The notes beneath the pieces are model-generated. The model made no database searches, was not told the DNA's origin, and worked only from the letters and a program-made list of their open reading frames with translations. The position numbers and the translations under genes were made by a program. Below, one piece after another: positions 50,736 to 64,000 of a DNA stretch of 64,000 bases. This DNA is from Malacoraja senta (lineage: Eukaryota), in assembly GCA_038087875.1 (NCBI GenBank), contig CM075988.1, forward strand, positions 4,774,001-4,838,000, in the 5' to 3' direction. Positions within the stretch are counted from its first letter, which is position 1. Each line of letters starts with the position of its first letter.

Positions 50736-51879
50736 TTCACATCTCTTCCACAGGACCCTGACTTCCCGCCCTACCTCTTCCCACCTTTCCCCTATTCTGC
50801 TCAAGCACCCTCGCTGATGCCAAGACCCACCCCGTCCTTTTCAATGCTTTGCTCCTACATCCTCCATATCCGAACCAGTGGATGCAGACGTAAAAACAAG
50901 CTCAAGAACACCAAGTTCCAAATGCGTCCCCACCAAAGCTTTATGCAGCTGCAACATGACTCCCCAACTTTTATACTCAATGCCCTGACCAATGAAGCCA
51001 AGCACCATTCTGCCTTCTTTACCTCCTTATCCACGAGTGTAGCCACCTTCAGAAAGCTATGGACCTGCAACCCAAGATCCTCAGAGCCTTGGGAAGCTGG
51101 GAGATTGAGAGATCTGAAAGTCCACAGGCACTGACCACGGAAGGAGGTGAGTCTGATTAAATTACTTTACCTTTGAAACAAAGGAGGGATTGTTGAGATG
51201 AGTGAGTGAAGGGATGCTGTAAGTGGACTTTAATAAACATGTGTTGTATCTTGATGTGTGTTTGACTCGACTCATTACAATATTGCTACCACATCTGCTT
51301 CCACCACCTTCCCTGGCAGGGTGCTCCAGGCATCTATAACTTTTTCTGTAAAAAATATTTGCCCCACAAACCTTCTTTATACTTTCTCCCTTCCATTTTA
51401 AACCTATGACCTCTGGTATTTGACATTCCCACCTTTGGAAAATTATTCTGACCATCCATCCCATTTAGCCCCTCATGTATTTATAAACATCTATTAGAAT
51501 GTTCCTCATCTGCTGATGATTCAGTAAATACAATCCAAGTATGGCTGAACTCTCCTGATAGCAAATAACCTCTAATCCAGGATTATGAGGACATTAATGT
51601 ATGGGAAAGAACTGCAGATGCTAGTTTAAACCAAATATAAATGCAAAATTCTGGAGTAACTCAGCGGGTCAGGCAGCACCTCTGGACTCTGAAAAATCAG
51701 CAAAACCTCTTAAGGTTAACCTCCTTCTCTCCAGAGATGCTGAGTTACTCCAGCATTTTGTGTCTATCTTTTGAAGACATTAAATTATTGTTCATTCTGG
51801 GTTGCAGTCATAGAAACATAGAAAAATAGGTGAAGGAGTAGGCCATTCGACCCTTCGAGCCATGCAATATGATTGAATA

Positions 51880-52582
51880 AATAAATTGAATACATTTTAT
51901 TAGTCAAATATGTATACAAACAAGGAATTTGCCTTGGTGCTTTGCTCGCAAGTATCAACACGATATACAGTAGACAATCAAAAATAAAACATTATAATTT
52001 AAACATGTGAAGAATTAAATAAAATACCAGAGCACAAGGAGGCTACAGATTTTAGGTTATTGATTAGAGCTACTGCTCGTGGAAAAAAAAACTGTTTTTA
52101 TGTCTTAACAGTCCGGAGTAGCCTTCCAGAGGGAAGTGATTCAAAGAGTTTCCGGCCAAAGTGAGAGGGATCAGAGATGATCTTACCCGCTCGCTTCCTG
52201 GCCATTGCAGTGTACAGTTTGTCAATGGGGGGGAAGGTTGCAGTGAATAACCTTCTCGGCTAATCGAATGAAGCACTGCAGCCTCCAGATGTTGTGCATG
52301 GTGGCTGAGCCAAACCAAACAATGATGGAGAAGGTGAGGACAGACTCTACATTGGCCGTATAGAATTGGACCATCATTGCCTGTGGCAGATTATGTTTTC
52401 TCAACTGCAGCAGGAAGTACATCCTCTGTTGGCCTTTTTTTTACTGTGGAGTCGATGGTGGCCCCCCATTTAAGGTCCTTGGAGATGATGGTCCCAAGAA
52501 ACTTAAATGACTCTACAGATGTGACTGTGGTGTTGTTGATGGTGAGTGGGGGGAGGGGAGGGGGAACTCTCTTAATGTCTAC
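51880..52582 (-). mobile_element. Rex1/Babar-type LINE 3' fragment
   Basis: Reverse: VESFKFLGTIISKDLKW..QRMYFL.QLRKHNLPQAMMVQFYTA.VESVLTFSIIVWFGS..RHKNSFF. Confidence 0.85.
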
Positions 52583-52834
52583 CTAAAATGATCATGGCTG
52601 ATCATCTAAAATCAGTACCCCGTTCCTGCTTTCCCCCCCATATCCCTTGATTTCTTTAGCCACAAGAGCTAAATCTAACTCTCATGAAGTCCTGGACATC
52701 TCGTTTCCATCACTGAGTTCCTTACTCATGTCTTTCCCCGGGTATTTCATTTGTGCTCTGGATTGTTTCCAGGAGGTGGATCTGGATGTTTACAGTGAGG
52801 GTTCCAGCACTAGAGTCCAAAATTCAGCTGTCTT

Positions 52835-53000
52835 AGAACATAGAACATAGAACATAGAACATAGATCATAGATCATAAAACATAAAACATAGAACATAGA
52901 ACATAGAACATAGAACATAGATCATAAAACATAGAACATAGAACATAGAACATAGAACATAGAACATAGAACATAGATCATAGAACATAGAACATAGAAC
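52835..53000. repeat. (ATAGAAC)n heptamer tandem array (expanded CR1 tail)
   Basis: Directly visible; adjoins a minus-strand CR1 3' UTR remnant. Confidence 0.9.
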
Positions 53001-53109
53001 ATTGAACTCTACAGTGCAGGAACCTGCCCTTTGGTCCACTAAATCTGTGCCGCCCATGACGCCAATCCGACTAACCTTATCGGCCTACACATGGTCCATA
53101 TCCCTCCAT

Positions 53110-53390
53110 TCTGTGCCAGATTATGCATCCTGAACATTGCAACAATCTGTCCTGGATCAATCACATTGATGCGACGGCCAAGAAGGCACACCAGTCTGAG
53201 ACTGAGGAAATTTGGCATTACTCCAATGGCTCTAATAAACTTCTACAGATACACCATAGAAAGCAGACTGCCGAGTTATGTTACAGCCTGGTTTTGGAAC
53301 ACCTCTACCCATGACTGCAAGTAACTGCAGAGTGTTGTACATATAACCCAGCCCATCACACAGACCAGACTTCTCACCATTGACTTTGTT
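53110..53390 (+). mobile_element. Degenerate Rex1-type RT fragment
   Basis: NNLSWINHIDATAKKAHQ / LRLRKFGITPMALINFYRYTIES..TAWF. Confidence 0.7.
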
Positions 53391-54522
53391 TAAGGGAGAG
53401 GTGTGGGGCATGTTTTTGACACAGAGAGTGGTGGGATCCTGGAACCCGCTGCCAGAGGTGCTGGTGGAGGAAGCTACGATCGTGGTGTTGAAGAGATTTT
53501 AGGATTGGTGTCTGGAAATGCAGAAAATGGAGGGAAGTGGATCACGTGCATGCAGAGCAAATTAGTTCAACTTAGCATCATGATTGGCATGGATATTACC
53601 TGATGAAGGGCCTGTTCCTATGCTGTACAGGATTAAGCTCTACTAGACTAAGTGCAGACCCATTGGGTCTGCTCACCCAATGCAAGATTCCACCACTCAC
53701 CCATTCTCCCACCACAACCCATCCCCCCAACGCAATATTCCACCACTCACACATAGCCCCTAACTGCACAGGCGCGGCTCATTTCTCCTCATCCCCAGCA
53801 CTACCTTCCCGTCCTCTTCACCCTCCCTCTACTTTCCCCTCTCCTCATCCCCTCCAACAATCCTTCCCTCACCTCTCCCTCCCTCTCCTTTCCCCTACCC
53901 TCCCTCCCTCCATAACTCCTCTCCCTCCCTACCCCCTCCTATCCCTCTAACCCCCACTCCTCACCTCCTCCTATCCCCCCAACCATCCGTCCTGACCATC
54001 CCCACTGCCCTCCTCTCCCTCCATTCCCCACTCCCTACCTCCCCCACTCCCCCCTCCTCTCTCTCTATTCCCCCTCTTCCTCACTTCCCCCACTTTCCCC
54101 TCTCTCCCTCACTACCGCCTCCTCTCCCTCAATCCCCCTCATTCCCCCTCTTCACCTCCCCAGCATCTTTGCCCACTCCTCCTTCCCTCCCTCACCTCTC
54201 CCTCCCTCTCCTTTCCCCTACCCTCAGTCACTCCCTCCCTCTCTCTATAAAAATCAGCATCTGCAGTTACTTCCTCCACAGGTCACTCATTGTTACCTGT
54301 GGTTTAGATCCCGTTGACTTGACGATTGGACCAGTTTGTATCGTTTGTGTGTGTGTGTGAGTTGCTCAAACTACGCACAAACTGCTCGGCCACCCTGCAA
54401 CCCGACTCTCCCTCCCTCCCTCTGCCCACTCCGGCCTGCCCGGCCGCCTACTGCTGCCGCTCGGCCCTTCCCCGCCCTGCCCACCCGCCTACCTGCCTGC
54501 CTGCTCGCTGCTGCCGGTGGGG

Positions 54523-54603
54523 ATGGAGTCGGTGTTCGTCACGGTGGGCATCACGAGTTTCGATGAGCTGATGGAGAAGATCTCCTCCGAGAGGGCCGTG
54601 AGG
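54523..54603 (+). pseudogene. ALG13: Copy of ALG13 (UDP-GlcNAc transferase subunit) first coding exon, inside Helitron H2
   Basis: ATG..81 nt encodes MESVFVTVGITSFDELMEKISSERAVR, then phase-0 donor GTGAGT. Matches the ALG13 N-terminal VFVTVGTTSFD motif; no exon 2 recognised downstream in the window. Confidence 0.85.
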
Positions 54604-55158
54604 GTGAGTTAATGCAGCGGCTGCGATGGCGGAGGAGACAGACGGTCACAGCCATTCACCCGGGGGGGACGGGTAGACGGGACCGCCATTGCCGTAGAGG
54701 GTGGGAGGGGGAGAGTGGTGAGTGAGGGAGAGAGAGATAGGACCAGGGCCTCCACTGAACCCCCCTCTCCCCCCCTCACCGCGGCCGCCGCCGGTGGTGG
54801 GGGAGACGGTAGACAAGTTATTGTGAGGAGGGGAGAGAGGAGTTTGTGAGTGAGGCAGGAGAGGCCACTGTGCAGGAAGGGGCATCGCCGTCCCGGTCAT
54901 GGCCTTGACTGACAGGAGAGGAGACCAATCTGCGTGGCGCTGACTGACAGGAGAAGAGACTAATCTGTGCATGCACGGTTTTTAAGATTTTTAAACTTTA
55001 ATATCTTCTAAATATACCATAGATCGGAACAAAACTTGTTGCACTTGCAGTACAGGAGAATGGTGAGTAAGGTGGCGAAAAATCATAGCACTATCGTGTA
55101 CCATCTTTGCACAAATAGAAAAACCACGCAAACCGGAAGTGCACAAGATCAGAGTTTT

Positions 55159-55284
<126 letters not shown>

Positions 55285-56139
55285 GTTCTATGTTAGTGGA
55301 ACTTACAACAACTACAGCAAAGGATATGTTGCAATTTCCAAATGGAAACAAAACACCCAGGAAAATAAGCAGCATTATGCCTTTAAGAAGAGTAATTTGT
55401 AGACTCTGTAAATACAGTGGGTGGAAGTAAACATGATTATAAAGAAGAGGCAGAAGACAGGCCTTAACGTTGAATCTTAAAGTTGAAAGCAGACTGGGTC
55501 TATTCCTCAAGGGTCTCAGGAGTTTGATCAAAGGGAGATGGAGTGCTTCAGGCAACTCTTCAGACTGGAGTGGAAACAGTTTCCCTGAACATTGCACCAG
55601 TTGATGGTTAAGGCAAAAAAATTAAAGAAATGAAAGTCAGTGAAAATTAGAGGAAGGAGCAAGTACAAGCACGCAAGGACCTTGAACAATGCAAAACCAA
55701 ACGGGTAGGGAAAAAAGCGTTTGTTCAAAGTGTTTGCACAGGGACAATTTGTGAGGTGAAGTTTGATGAGTACAGGATGATTTTATTTTCATTTTAATTT
55801 TATTGGTTTAATTTTATTTTGCAATTAGATTTGCTTAAGATTGCAGTTTAAAATCCCAGTGATTTAACATAGTTTTTGTCTCCTGGGTGACTTGGTTATT
55901 AGCCTGTAATTGAAGTTAGCTGAAGTTTCTTTTAATTTAATTTAAAAAAATAAACTTTATTCAGAATAAAAACATATATACAAATCAAACAGCATGCAAA
56001 ACCTCTTATTGCATTCTTAGTGTCTATACATTCAATATTGATTTTAAAAAATCAGCTGAAGATACCTGGGACTATGAATTGGAGAGTCCAGATACAAGCA
56101 GATCAACAAAGTGCTGGAGAAACTCAGCAGGTCAGGCAG

Positions 56140-56742
56140 CATAAGGTCATAAGTGGCAGGAGCAGAATTAGGCCATTCGGCCCATCAAGTCTACTCTGCC
56201 ATTCAATCATGGCTGATCTAACTCTCCCTCCTAACACCATTCTCCTGCCGTCTCCCCATAACCTCTGACACCTGCACTAATCAAGAATTTATCTGAGGAA
56301 GAAGCTTGAATTTTATTGCCTTCCATCACCGTGAGGAATGTGGAACCCGCTGTGGTGGATGTTTATGTTAACTTTTTTGTGGTTGTGAGTCTTGTTGCTT
56401 TTCACTTAGTAAGGCTGTATGGTAACACCAATTTCACTGTAGCTTATTGGTACATGTGACAATAAACTGACCTAGACCTTGAAGCCTTGAACCTTGAACT
56501 ATATCCACTGACGGCCCCTACAACCTTCTGTGGGAAAGAATTCCACAGATTCACCACCCACTGACTAAAGAAATGTCTCCTCATCTCCTTCCTAAAGTAA
56601 TGTCCTTTAATTCTGAGGCTATGACCTCTAGTCCTGGACTTTCCCACTAGTGGAAAACATCCTCTCCACATCCACTCCATCCAAGCCCTTCACTATTCTG
56701 TATGTTTTAACAAGGTCCCCCCTCATTCTTCTAAACTCCAAC
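56140..56742 (-). mobile_element. CR1 3' fragment with nested LINE tail (~56295-56500)
   Basis: RTRGHSLRIKG..FFSQWVVNLWNS in reverse; the insert has a CCTTCCATCAC box and (CTTGAAC)n tail. Confidence 0.8.
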
Positions 56743-57769
56743 TGAAGTGGAGTGTAGAAGAAGTTGAGTTGAGCTTGAGACGGAGCTTTGGACACTGCAA
56801 AGTATCAGGGAGAGAAAGTTAGCAGGGCACTTTGTTCATTCACACCCCTTAGATTGTACTGCAGAAGAGTTATGACTGAGGGAGGTTGGTTTAAGTGTCT
56901 AAAACATAGCTTTGCAAGGACTCCGGGTCTTGTACTGTGCAGAACAGATTACTGGGTAGATGTTCTGCCTCACACTGCACACACCTCCCTTTCATATGGA
57001 AGATGACGTGTGGAAAGGATGGTGGTGGCAACAGGGAACAATAGAGTTGGGGGATGGATACAGTTCTCTGCAGAGTCCTCATGGCTGTGAGACAGGCACA
57101 AAAATCTGGAGCAACTCAGCGGGTCAGACAACATCTCTGGAGAAAAGGAATAGATGATGTATTGGGTCGAGATCCTTCTTCAGACTGAGAGTCTCGGGAA
57201 AGGAAAATGAGAGATATACAGTGGAAGGTGGTGTAGAGAGATAGAAAACAAATGAATGAAAGATATGCAAAAAAGTAATGATGATAAAGGAAATAGGCCA
57301 TTGTTAGCTGTGGCCTAGGTGAGAATGAGTACAGACCATTTGACTCAACAAGACAACTTTGAAGTCACTGAGTTACTCCTGCTTTTTGTGTCTACCTTTG
57401 GTTTAAACCAGCATCTGCAGTTCCTTCATGCACACCCCTCATCACTGTGCTTCTTCAATACACCCCTAGAGTTGCTGCCAATTAACTATGTTGTTCATTT
57501 ACATCGATTACCCAGCCAAGGGAAGCAGGTCGATTCCATTCACACGTACAGTCAGCACCCGTAGTCAGGATCGAACCGGGTTTCTGGCTCTATAAGGCAG
57601 CAACATTACCGCTGCGCCACCGTGCCGCTCATAGGTTCTGGGATGAACGTTCCTGAATTTGTATTCAATGCCGCAACCTATAAAGGCAATCAGCATAGCT
57701 CTTCTTAAGCACCTTATCAATTTGCCTTGCCACCTTCAGGGATGTGCGGGCATGTGCTCCGTTGAAACT

Positions 57770-58082
57770 TTGGACTTTAGACTTTACAAATACAGCGTGG
57801 AAACAGGCCTTTCAGCCCACCGAGTCCATGCCGACCAGCGATCACCATACACCTGCACTATCCTATACACTAGGGTCAATTTACAATTTTACCAAAGCCA
57901 ACTTTCCTACAAACCTGTACGTCTTTGGCGTGTGGGAGGAAACCGGAGCACCCGGAAAAATCCCACGCAGGTCGCAGGGAGAACGTACAAACTCCGTACA
58001 GACAGCACCTGTAGTCAGGATTGAACCCAGGTCTCTGGCGCTGTAAGGTGGCAACTCTTCCGCTGCGCCACCGTGCCGCCCC
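57770..58082 (-). mobile_element. HE1-like SINE
   Basis: Standard tail and head in reverse. Confidence 0.85.
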
Positions 58083-58099
58083 CTTTATATTCTCAGCTG

Positions 58100-59678
58100 T
58101 TCCTTAAAGGCCGATAAATCCCCAGGGCCAGATAGGCTGCATCCCAGAGTACTTAAGGAAGTAGCCCCAGAAATAGTGGATGCATTAGTGATAATTTTTC
58201 AGAACTCTTTAGATTCTGGAGTAGTTCCTGAGGATTGGAGGGTAGCTAATGTAACCCCACTTTTTAAAAAGGGAGGGAGAGAGAAAACGGGGAATTACAG
58301 ACCAGTTAGTCTAACATCAGTAGTGGGGAAACTGCTAGAGTCAGTTATTAAAGATGGGATAGCAGCACATTTGGAAAGTGGTGAAATCATTGGACAAAGT
58401 CAGCATGGATTTACGAAAGGTAAATCATGTCTGACGAATCTTATAGAATTTTTCGAGGATGTAACTAGTAGAGTGGATAAGGGAGAACCAGTGGATGTGT
58501 TATATCTGGACTTTCAGAAGGCATTCGACAAGGTCCCACATAAGAGATTAGTATACAAACTTAAAGCACACGGTATTGGGGGTTCAGTATTGATGTGGAT
58601 AGAGAACTGGCTGGCAGACAGGAAGCAAAGAGTAGGAGTAAACGGGTCCTTTTCAGAATGGCAGGCAGTGACTAGTGGGGTACCGCAACGCTCAGTGCTG
58701 GGACCCCAGCTATTTACAATATATATTAGTGATCTGGATGAGGGAAATTAATGCAACATCTCCAAGTTTGCGGATGACACAAAGCTGGGGGGCAGTGTTA
58801 GCTGTGAGGAGGATGCTAGGAGGCTGCAAGGTGACTTGGATAGGTTGGGTGAGTGGGCAAATGCATGGCAGATGCAGTATAATGTGGATAAATGTGAGAT
58901 CCACTTTGGTGGCACAAACAGGAAAGTAGACTATTATCTGAATGGTGGCCGATTAGGAAAAGGGGAGATGCAACGAGATCTGGGTGTCATGGTACACCAG
59001 TCATTGAAAGTAGGCATGCAGGTGCAGCAGGCAGTGAAGAAAGCGAATGGTATGTTAGCATTCATAGCAAAAGGATTTGAGTATAAGAGCAGGGAGGTTC
59101 TACTGCAGTTGTACAGGGTCTTGGTGAGGCCACACCTGGAGTATTGCGTACAGTTTTGGTCACCAAATCTGAGGAAATACATTCTTGCCATAGAGGGAGT
59201 ACAGAGAAGGTTCACCAGACTGATTCCTGGGATGGCAGGACTTTCATATGAAGAAAGACTGGATAGACTCGGCTTGAACTCGCTAGAATTTAGAAGATTG
59301 AGGGGGATCTTATAGAAACTTACAAGATTCTTAAGGGGATGGACAGGCTAGATGCAGGAAGATTGTTCCCGATGATGTGGAAGTCCAGAACAAGGGGACA
59401 CAGTTTAAGGATAAGTTTTAGGACCGAGATGAGAAAATTATTTTTTACACAGAGAGTGGTGAATCTGTGGAATTCTCTGCCACAGAAGGTAGTTGAGGCC
59501 AGTTCATTGGCTATATTTAAGAGGGAGTTAGATGTGGCCCTTGTGGCTAAAGGGATCAGGGGGTATGGAGAGAAGGCAGGTACAGGATACTGAGTTGGAT
59601 GATCAGCCATGATCATATTGAATGGCCCAATGGCCTACTTCTGCACCTATTTTCTATGTTTCTATGTCTGTCTATGTT
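58100..59678 (+). mobile_element. Young 5'-truncated CR1 LINE (whole RT plus 3' end)
   Basis: [48 protein letters not shown]; a few frameshifts; (TTCTATG) tail. Confidence 0.95.
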
Positions 59679-60859
59679 TACTCTCTAGTAACTCTTAATT
59701 TTGCACTTATTCTCCTGTGTTTGTCCTGAATGAATCACATACCACATGGAGTCAGAGGATATGGGGAGAAGGCAGGAACGGGGTACTGATTGGGGATGAT
59801 CAGCCATGATCACATTGAATGGCGGTGCTGGCTCGAAGGGCTGAATGGCCTACTCCTGCACCTATTGTCTATTGTCTACGTCTCTGCATTTGCCGCACTA
59901 TGTTCATCCAACCGATTCTTCTTTGAGATTTTTTCTTCACTATCGATCACTCTGCTTCGAGTTTTGGAGTCCTCAGTAAAGTTCTTAATCATGGCCACCA
60001 TATTTATTTCCAAGTCATTATACAATATTACCCATGGCAAGGGACCTCAACTGCAAAAGGGCTGAACATGCAGACAAAACTCACCGAAACTTCCATTGAC
60101 AATTACTCTGCTTTTTCCCAAGGAGGCGATTTTTAATCCATCATCACTTTCCTTTGGATCCCACAGGCCTTTACCTCCCTGACTAATCCCCCTTGTGGGA
60201 TTCAGCTGAGTATGTTGCTGAAATCCATGTACATCAAATATACTGCCCTTATTGACACATCTTGCAACGTCCTCAAAAAATGCAATTATGGTTAGACATG
60301 ACCTCCCATTAATAAGTCCATGTTGACTGTGATTAAGCCATGCCTTGCCAAATGCTGATTTATGCCCTATCTCAGTAATTTTCCAATAACTTGCCCCAAC
60401 TAAGGCCTGTCTGACTGTGATTACTTGGTCAATTCCTCTTTGTCTGCACTTGAAGAGGATTGGAAAACTTAGATGGAGCCGGTGCTATCTCACCCCATAG
60501 TCATTTCTAAGAGCCTGAGGTATGTTCAGTTCGGTTTAAGATGGACACATAATAGACAAAAGACAATAGACAATAGACAATAGGTGCAGGAGTAGGCCAT
60601 TCGGCCTTTCGAACCAGCACCGCCATTCAATGTGATCATGGCTGATCATCCCCAATCAGTACCCCGTTCCTGCCTTCTCCCCATATCCCCTGACTCCGCT
60701 ACCTTTAAGAGCCCTATCTAGCTCTCTCTTGAAAGTATCCAGAGAACCCGCCTCCACCGCTCTCTGAGGCAGAGAATTACATACCCACAACTCTCTGTGA
60801 GAAAAAGTGTTTCCTCGTCTCCGTTCTAAAGCTGGAGTAACTCAGCATGTCAAAGATAA

Positions 60860-61200
60860 CTTTAGTTTAGTTTTTAGGTTAATTTAGTTTAGGTTAGTTT
60901 AGTTTAGTTTAATGATACAGTGTGGCAACAGGCCCTTCAGCCCACTGGGTCCACGCTGACTATCGATCACACCTTCACGCTTCACATGTCATCCCACTTT
61001 CTCATTCACTCTCTGCACACTGGGGGCAATTTACACAGGACAATTAACCTACAAATCCACATGTCTTTGGGATGAAGGGAGAAACTGGAGCACCCAAAGC
61101 ACGTGGTTACAGGGAGAACATGCAGACTCTACACAGACAGCACCAGAGTCTCTGGCGCTGTGAGGCAGCAGATAACAGCTCTGCCATTGTGCCACCTTGG
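60860..61200 (-). mobile_element. HE1-like SINE (diverged)
   Basis: (TTTAG)n tail and reverse head. Confidence 0.75.
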
Positions 61201-61214
61201 CATGGTGTGTTACA

Positions 61215-61585
61215 AGTTCATAAGTTAATGTCATAGGAGCAGAATTAGGCCATTCAACTAATCAAGTCTACTCCACCATTCAATCATGGCTGATCTATCC
61301 TTCTATCTCAACTTCATTCTCCTGCCTTCTCCCCAAAACCTCTGACACCCGTACTAATCAAGAATCTGTCACTCTCTGCCTTAGAAATATCCAATGACAC
61401 GGCCTCCACAGCCTTTGTAGCAATGAATTCCACAGCCTCACCACCGTCTGACAAAATAAATTCCTCCTCATCTCCTTTCTAAAGGTATGACCTCTTATTC
61501 TGAGCCTGTGCCCTCTGGTCCTAGACTCTCCCACTAGCGGAAACATCCTCTACACATCCACTTTATCCAGGCCTGTCACTATTCG
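61215..61585 (-). mobile_element. CR1 3' end
   Basis: MFPLVGESRTRGHRLRIRG..RLWNSL. Confidence 0.85.
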
Positions 61586-61601
61586 ATAAGTATTCGTTAA
61601 G

Positions 61602-61915
61602 CTTAGGTTAGTTTAGTTTGGAGGTACAGCACGCAAACAGGCCCTTCGGCCCAGCAAGTCCATGCCGACCAGCGATCCCTGTACACAAGCACCGTCCTAC
61701 ATATTAGGAACAATTTGCTAATTTTACCGAAGCCAATTAACCTACAAACCCGTGCATATTTGGAATGTGGGAGGAAACCGGAGCACCCGGAGAAAACCCA
61801 CGCAATCACAGGGAGAACGTACAAACTCAGGAGTGAGAGCACCTGTGGTCAGGATCGAACCGGGGTCTCTGGCGCTATAAAGTGGCAACTCTACCATTGT
61901 GTCGGCGTGCCGACC
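61602..61915 (-). mobile_element. HE1-like SINE
   Basis: Standard tail and head in reverse. Confidence 0.85.
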
Positions 61916-62544
61916 TATAAGTCTCGTGATTTATCCACTGTTAGTGATTCTAAATCCCTTAATATGTCTTCTTTTTCTTCTGAGACAAAAGAGAGGGCCC
62001 TTTGCTGGAATCTGGAGAGAACAACACAAACTGAAGGAGGAACATAGTCCTGATGCAGGGTATGAAGCCGAAAGTCCGACCATCCCTCTGCATCCTCAGA
62101 TGCTGGCTGCTCCTCCAATTTCTTTGTTATTTGTTCTTGCTCTGCGTGTTTTGTTTCCACAATTTTGCATTCTTCCTTGTTGATGTCAATCAGGCTCGAA
62201 CATCCTAACTTGTGAAGACTTCTCCAGGTATTTCTGATTATCTTTTCAAACTTACTTATAAATATATTTTTCAAAATAAATGTTATTATTTAAAAATCCT
62301 TTTGCCAACATTTATGCTGCTATTTGGGTCTTAAAAAAATATTTCCTTTTCATTTATTTAAAAGTAACCATGCAGTTCTTCCTGGTTGTCAGCAGTTTTC
62401 TCATGCACTCCCTTCGGCTTTTCAATGTATTTTTAATTTCACCAACCCCTGTACTTGCTGCCATCTTTCATCACTTATGCAGCATTGAGCCGTCGGAATT
62501 TGTGATAATCTTCAGGTTTGCTTTATCCAACCCTGCATGTTCTA

Positions 62545-62740
62545 TGTGTGGGTAAGAACTGCAGATGCTGGTTTAAACGGAAGATAGACGCAAAATGCTG
62601 GAGTAACTCAGTGGGACAGGCAGCATCTCTGGAGAGAAGGAATGGCTAACGTTTCGGGTCAAGACCTTGGGTCACTCATTCCTTCTCTCCAGAGATACTG
62701 CCTGTCCCGCTGAGTTACTCCAGCATTTTGTGTCCATCTC
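62545..62740. repeat. Penelope-type foldback repeat
   Basis: CAAAATGCTGGAGTAACTCAG..CTCTGGAGAGAAGGAATG arm and its reverse complement. Confidence 0.7.
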
Positions 62741-62884
62741 CTGTATGTTCCATGATATCCATGGGTGTTGAGATCTGAGCGTTGTATTTTGTTTAGTTGG
62801 GAATATGTTTGATCTGAACCTTCATACTTCGTCCTTGCACTTACAGAATTGTCCATTGCATTGACACAGAGAACCCCAACAAGC

Positions 62885-63137
62885 CAGACTACGAGTGCTT
62901 GTCTGTACGGAGTTTGTACCTTCTCCCCGTGACCTGCGTGGGTTTTCCCCGTGAGCTCCGGTTTTCTCCCACACTTCAAAGGAGTACAGGTTTGTAGGAT
63001 AATTGACGTTTTAAAGTTTGTAAATTATCCTAGTGTGTGTAGGACAGAGTTAATATATGGGGATCGCTGGTCAGCGCATGCTCGGCAGGCCGAAGAGACT
63101 ATTTTCGCGCTGTATGTCTAAACTAAAAAAAACTAAA
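62885..63137 (+). mobile_element. HE1-like SINE (5' truncated)
   Basis: GACTACG.GTGCT.GTCTGTACGGAGTTTGTAC body and AAACTAAA tail. Confidence 0.8.
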
Positions 63138-63954
63138 AATCAAGCCTGAGGAATATCAAACACTAAAAACTAGGCGGAATCGGAGGTGACATGACACCTA
63201 AATAGGTAATATCATCGGCAGTGAAGATGGTTCTCAAGAATTACAGTGGGATCCTGATCAGTTGGGCAAGTGGGCCGAGGAATGACAAGTTTAGTTTAGT
63301 TGATTGTCAAGTGTACCGAGGTACAGTGAAAAGTTTTGCTGCTTGCTAACCAGTCAGCGGAAAGACGATAGAAAATGGACAACATGAAGTTTAGTAAGTG
63401 TGAGGTGGTACACTTTCGAAAGTCAAACCAACACAGGAATTTCACAGTGAATAGTAGAGCACTGGGGATGTTGTGGAGGCAGAGGATCTGGGAGTACAAC
63501 TACATAGTTCCCTAGGGGGTGCAGAGAAGATTTACAAGGATGTTGCCAGGACTCGAGAGCCTGGGTCATTGGGAGTGTTTAGGCAGATTAGGACTTGATT
63601 CCTTGGAGCGCAGGAGGCCAGTTCCAGCTTAGTTTATTGGCACGTGTACCGAGGTATGGTGAAAAGCTTTTGTTACGTGCTAACCAGTGAGCAGAAAGAC
63701 AATACGTGATTACAATCGAGCCATTTACACTGTATAGATACATGATAAGGGAATAACGTTTAGTGCAACGTCAAGCCAGCAAAGTCCGATCACGGATAGT
63801 CTGAGGGTCACCAATGAGTTAGATAGTAGTTCAGCACTGCCCTGTGGTTGTGGTAGCATGATTCAGTTGCCTGATAACTGCTGGGAATAATCTGGAGGTG
63901 TGCATTTTCACACTTCTCTGCCTTTTGCCTGATGAGAGGGGAGATGTCTTTAAT

Positions 63955-64000
63955 GTGCCTGTCCCACTTGGGAAACTTTTTAGGCGAGTGCAGGAGACTC
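63955..64000. mobile_element. Left TIR of a MITE (family of 26279-26995), cut by the window end
   Basis: GCCTGTCCCACTTGGGAAACTTTTTAGGCG. Confidence 0.7.

Larger units (their letters stand above)
59880..62540 (-). mobile_element. Ancient CR1 ORF2 relic broken by SINE and CR1 insertions
   Basis: Reverse remnants LESLTVDKS (~61930), WGKLLE and QHGL (~60320-60400), KNFTEDSK..IDSEE (~59940-59990) in collinear order. Confidence 0.6.

Noticed and set aside
49646..51134. 370-aa HT-repeat ORF and overlapping ORFs
   Set aside because: (CA)n microsatellite artefact.
52835..53000. CRISPR-like or telomeric array
   Set aside because: Simple heptamer expansion of a CR1 tail with no spacers; eukaryotic context.
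61915..62274. 119-aa minus-strand ORF as a host exon
   Set aside because: Ends in LESLTVDKS and is collinear with other decayed CR1 ORF2 remnants.

Overview
Repeat-dominated eukaryotic genomic DNA, inferred to be a cartilaginous fish (skate/ray-type) from HE1-like tRNA SINEs, CR1/L2/L1/Rex1 LINEs and Penelope-type foldback repeats. I found no complete host gene. Main contents: a full-length but mutated DIRS1 tyrosine-recombinase retrotransposon (16345-21200, with ITRs and ICR); a near full-length L1 (38860-45178, minus) inside a ~17 kb nest of L1/Tx1, L2 and SINE insertions; many CR1 fragments; three MITE-like elements; and a local inverted duplication. The most notable feature is two related non-autonomous Helitron-like elements (21332-22406 plus; 53643-55283 minus). 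Each is inserted between A and T with no TSD and carries a host exon fragment with its splice donor: an ALG13 first-coding-exon copy, and a probable SAC3D1-like exon end. This suggests an exon-capturing rolling-circle family. Penelope-type repeats also carry minimal hammerhead-ribozyme-like cores. Protein and repeat family calls are from my recall of motifs, not database searches, and many repeat boundaries are approximate.
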